DNA from: Spirochaetaceae bacterium
GTDB taxonomy: Bacteria > Spirochaetota > Spirochaetia > DSM-2461
DNA length: 64,000 nucleotides
Reading direction: 5' to 3'
Assembly (NCBI GenBank): GCA_965224705.1
Contig: OZ245056.1
Coordinates: 2,560,001 to 2,624,000, forward strand
Under the pieces are notes generated by a model. That model saw only the letters and a list, made by a program, of their open reading frames with translations. It had not been told where the DNA came from and searched no databases. Below are positions 61,201 through 64,000 of the stretch, piece by piece. Positions within the stretch are counted from its first letter, which is position 1. The number at the start of each line of letters is the position of its first letter. Both the position numbers and the translations under genes were made by a program.

Positions 61201-64000
61201 AACTGTTACGGCCCTCACTCAGAGTACACATTCCATTGCTTCATTCCTTTCAGGCACCTATACGGCCGGAACCGATTATAAATTATCAATAGTGGCTGAT
61301 GATCCGCAGAAGCAAAACATAACAGGGGCCATTACCATCGACTCTGCTGCCCATGAAATACGCATAGGCCAGGGAGTTACAGTGGCTGATGCCGGTGATT
61401 ACACAATTACCGCAACAGGAATCAACAACTACACCGGGACTTCATTGACAACCGCAAGATTTACTCTGACTGTTAATCGACAGGACCTTACAGCAATCAG
61501 TGTTTTTGTTCAGAATCCATCTTCCAGTAAAACTGTTGATGTTTTCACATCGGATACGCATTCCATTGCTTTACTCCTTTCAGGCTCCTATACGGCCGGA
61601 ACTGACTATACACTGTCCATAGCTCCTGCCCCGTCGAATCAAAACACAACAGGGGCCATTACCATCGCTCCTGATACCGGTGTAATAAGCATAGATTCGG
61701 GAGTTACAGTGGCTGATGCCGGTAGCTACACGATTACCGCAACAGGAATCAATAATTACATCAATCCTTCATCAACAACCGCCACATTCACTCTGACGGT
61801 TACTCCGAAGGACTTTACAACAGCCAGTGTTTTTGTTCAGAATCCATCATCCAGTAAAACTGTTACGGCTCTCACTCAGAATACACATTCCATTGCTTCA
61901 TTCCTTTCAGGCACCTATACGGCCGGAACCGACTATACACTGTCCATAGCTCCTGTCCAGTCAACTCAAAACACAACAGGGGCCATTACCATTGATTCTG
62001 CTACCGGTGAAATAAGTATAGACCAGGGAGTCACAGTGGCTGATGCCGGTGATTACACGATTACCGCAACAGGAATCAACAATTACATCAATGCTTCATC
62101 GACAACAGCCACATTCACTCTGACTGTTGGTCCGAAGGGCTTCAATAATGCTCCAATCTTTGATACAAATTCACTGAGTGCCACTGTTGACTTTCAAACG
62201 ACAACTTCGCATAGCATTCTTCTTACTGGATCAGGATATACATTCGGAACCGACTATGATTTATCAATAGCGGCTGATGATCCGCAGAATCAAAACACAA
62301 CAGGGGCCATTACCATCGATTCTGCTACCGGTAAAATAAGCATAGGTTCGGGAGTTACAGTGAATGATACCGGTACCTACACTGTCACTGCAACAGGAGA
62401 GGGTAATTACTCCGGTGTTTCAACAGCAAGCTTTTCGCTGAAAGTTGTTATACCGCTGAGTACCGTTGCCGGATTCCAGTTGAGTGTTACTGATCGAACA
62501 TTCACAAGCAGTACGACAGGGCATTATGCTGATGTAACAGCAGGCGGCCTCACAGCGGGAACAGACTATCGGCTGAGAATTGAACCGGCAACAGATGCCA
62601 GTATCGACAATGCAGGACTCATATCACTCACCAATCCAGCAGGCGGTGCTTCTTATACTGTGATAGCAGAGGGAATTGGAAACTACCAAGGTGAGATAGA
62701 GGATTCTTTCACGCTTCGAGAGTCACTTTCCAGTGCAGGATTCAAGTTATCGATGAAAGATTATACTGTTTTTTCCGGTGATATGAGTCTGGTGCCCGCA
62801 AAAATAGACAATCAAAAGTCAGCTAATTACACACTTTCGCTGGTGGATTCAGGCGGGAATGGAAATCCTGCCGGAATAAGTATCAATGCGAGAGGGTGGA
62901 TTTCAATTCCCGGCAGTATTGATGCCAATGATTCCGGAGAATACACGGTGATCGCTGCCGGAACAGGAGATTACGGAGGTACTGTCAAAGCAACATTCAA
63001 TCTGACGGTTTCGGATTCTGATTTCATCTACGATGATATCTTTGTCACTGCTGTAGTCACTGCTTCCGGAGGAACTTCCTGGCAGTCCTTTAAAGCTTCC
63101 AATATGGCTATGACGCCTTCCTGGAAAAACTCCCCTTCCACTCCCGCCGGTACTGTCTTCTCGGTACCCAACCCTTCGGATAAGCCTGGCTGGCTATACC
63201 TTGATTCTCAAACCGGAGAGCTGTCGGGTACACCTACAGCGATTGGATTTGGAAGCTTCATCATTGAAGCAAGCTTATCCGGTGCTGCTGAAACCACCAC
63301 AGTGAACTGGTTTGTCGGGGTACAGCCGACGAACAAGGATGAACTGAGAACAGCCGTGCAGGTTGAACTGGCAAGATATAAAAGTATGACCCCCTCGGTA
63401 ACGGAGTATCAGGATCTCAGAACTATTGATACAAGTCTGATGACAGATATGAGTGAGCTTTTCCATGTAAACAGCTCCAATCTACCTCAGTATGCAGTGA
63501 AATTCAACGGGGATATTTCAAGCTGGGATGTCAGCAATGTGACCGACATGAGCAAAATGTTCTGTTCCAATGGTAGTACCCCCATGGCGTTTACAGGAGT
63601 ATTTGAGTCTTCTGACGGTTCTATTCATAGTATCTCAGAGTGGGATGTCAGCCGTGTCACCAACATGGAGGAAATGTTTTTAAATGCGGACAACTTCGGG
63701 GAATTGAATAATAGTCAATATGATATACTGGCTGAATGGGATGTCAGCAATGTCACAAACATGGCCGGTATGTTTAAAAGAAACGCTACATTCAATCAGG
63801 ATATTTCAGCCTGGGATGTTGGCAGTGTAACAACCATGCAGGAAATGTTCCAGAATGCAGACAATTTCAATCAGGATATTTCAAAATGGCATGTCAGTAG
63901 TGTAACAACCATGCAGGCAATGTTCCTGTCTGCAGACGATTTTAACCAGGATATTTCAGAATGGAATGTCGGCAGAGTAACAGACATGACGGCAATGTTT
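58202..64000 (+). CDS. Surface lipoprotein Ig-like/DUF285, copy 3 (>1930 aa, runs off window end)
   Basis: Absent from the ORF track because it has no stop in the window. MKTVVFLFFASIFSVLLLAAC lipobox; the same frame reads DUF285 repeats at the window end. Confidence 0.88.
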   Translation, partial: MKTVVFLFFASIFSVLLLAACGNPVELSVTDISTLTLSYSDFSGSLDPAEVQKISPKGTLVRLAAGRDVEYAIAPQTDGITVDPHGVVLVDADAPVNPGGTEYTVTATGAGAYVNTQTATVTIKVVVPSGPTLDGTVAYDSIGTVFGTQAVGSAPDASSLTGSDGSVLLPPLRYTASDGSKELAPGITIAEATGIITVAGTIDARTETHYTIMVSADGYQPVMLNGAVSITVDQLALQDLDYAIVTGVENTPITSTPPTIEPAGAIVKYSLSPGTQLPAGLDIDEDTGAIYGQTSSPVPSGTYSVTAAAADKNHTGSLTADVQVIVYSSTTPTITGTLTYSPISTTYGQGPVSAGIQSSTLASSRGSTNPLSSIQYTATDGTAQLAPGVTIDANSGEITVNSIAANAMTTSKYDVRITADNHQAATISNAVSVTVDRQDFTGVSVFTQNSLPDVDAIALTQSNQLIDSYLSSSYTAGTDYTLSIAPAPSNQNTTGAITIDSATGEISIDQGVTVDDDGDYTITATGINNYKNASLTTATFTLTVDPKDFTAAKVLDSSQSYGKTVTALTMARKRIVLLNTNTYTAGTDYELSIAADDPQKQNTTGAITIDSATHEIHIGSGVTVDDAGGYTITATGINNYKNASSTTARFTLGVTPKDFKAANVFQTLSSSKTVDVFTSDTHSIASFLSGTYTAGTDYTLSIAPAPSNQNTTGAITIDSATGVISIGSGVTVNDAGDYTITATGINNYKNASSTTATFTLTVKPKDFTGVSVFTQNSLPDVDAIALTQSTQSIASLLSGTYTAGTDYKLSIVADDPQKQNTTGAITIDSAAHEIRIGQGVTVADAGDYTITATGINNYTGTSLTTARFTLTVNRQDFTGASVFTQNSLPDVDAIALTQSTHSIASLLSGTYTAGTDYRLSIAPAQPTQNTAGAITIDPDSGKISIGQGVTVADAGDYTITATGINNYKNASSTTATFTLTVKPKDFTGVSVFTQNPSSSKTVTALTQSTHSIASFLSGTYTAGTDYKLSIVADDPQKQNITGAITIDSAAHEIRIGQGVTVADAGDYTITATGINNYTGTSLTTARFTLTVNRQDLTAISVFVQNPSSSKTVDVFTSDTHSIALLLSGSYTAGTDYTLSIAPAPSNQNTTGAITIAPDTGVISIDSGVTVADAGSYTITATGINNYINPSSTTATFTLTVTPKDFTTASVFVQNPSSSKTVTALTQNTHSIASFLSGTYTAGTDYTLSIAPVQSTQNTTGAITIDSATGEISIDQGVTVADAGDYTITATGINNYINASSTTATFTLTVGPKGFNNAPIFDTNSLSATVDFQTTTSHSILLTGSGYTFGTDYDLSIAADDPQNQNTTGAITIDSATGKISIGSGVTVNDTGTYTVTATGEGNYSGVSTASFSLKVVIPLSTVAGFQLSVTDRTFTSSTTGHYADVTAGGLTAGTDYRLRIEPATDASIDNAGLISLTNPAGGASYTVIAEGIGNYQGEIEDSFTLRESLSSAGFKLSMKDYTVFSGDMSLVPAKIDNQKSANYTLSLVDSGGNGNPAGISINARGWISIPGSIDANDSGEYTVIAAGTGDYGGTVKATFNLTVSDSDFIYDDIFVTAVVTASGGTSWQSFKASNMAMTPSWKNSPSTPAGTVFSVPNPSDKPGWLYLDSQTGELSGTPTAIGFGSFIIEASLSGAAETTTVNWFVGVQPTNKDELRTAVQVELARYKSMTPSVTEYQDLRTIDTSLMTDMSELFHVNSSNLPQYAVKFNGDISSWDVSNVTDMSKMFCSNGSTPMAFTGVFESSDGSIHSISEWDVSRVTNMEEMFLNADNFGELNNSQYDILAEWDVSNVTNMAGMFKRNATFNQDISAWDVGSVTTMQEMFQNADNFNQDISKWHVSSVTTMQAMFLSADDFNQDISEWNVGRVTDMTAMF
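59513..62445 (+). repeat. Nine tandem ~325-330-nt Ig-like module repeats
   Basis: Module starts near 59513, 59839, 60170, 60494, 60824, 61151, 61481, 61808, 62135; shared motifs GGAACCGACTAT, CAAAACACAACAGGGGCCATTACCAT, GCAACAGGA. Confidence 0.9.

Noticed and set aside
53200..64000. Diversity-generating retroelement acting on the DUF285 repeats
   Set aside because: No reverse transcriptase or Avd in the window, and differences between copies are not confined to adenines.

Overview
Bacterial chromosomal segment, most likely from a free-living spirochaete (inferred from gene content: tandem Maf/DUF115 genes, SH3/TPR/LysM lipoprotein cluster, HrpA, long-form IlvC; not verified by search). Positions 1-49 kb are mostly housekeeping and envelope genes: pbpC/alpha-2-macroglobulin, htrA-uvrB-hrpA, dinB, cysK-metY, galE, trxA, ilvC, argF. 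Three non-routine layers stand out. (1) A palindromic non-autonomous element (MITE-A) is present in 7 copies (four ~161 nt, one 118 nt, two ~80 nt). It has 15-bp terminal inverted repeats, 4-bp CTNN/TTAG target duplications and an ERIC/RPE-like core. In the 161-nt form, element plus duplication is 165 nt (55 codons) with one stop-free frame. A second TIR-bounded repeat family (MITE-B) also occurs. (2) A 1.65-kb island bounded by an identical 34-nt direct repeat carries a small unknown protein and an orphan ImmA/IrrE-like HExxH metallopeptidase. (3) A tandem array of three paralogous surface lipoprotein genes (Ig-like stalk plus DUF285/BspA-like C-terminal repeats), each with its own sigma70 promoter, carries 1, 3 and 9 stalk modules. 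The first copy is a pseudogene and the copies show mosaic sequence exchange. No rRNA, tRNA, CRISPR array, transposase, integrase or reverse transcriptase was seen. All calls come from reading the sequence and motifs; no searches were run.
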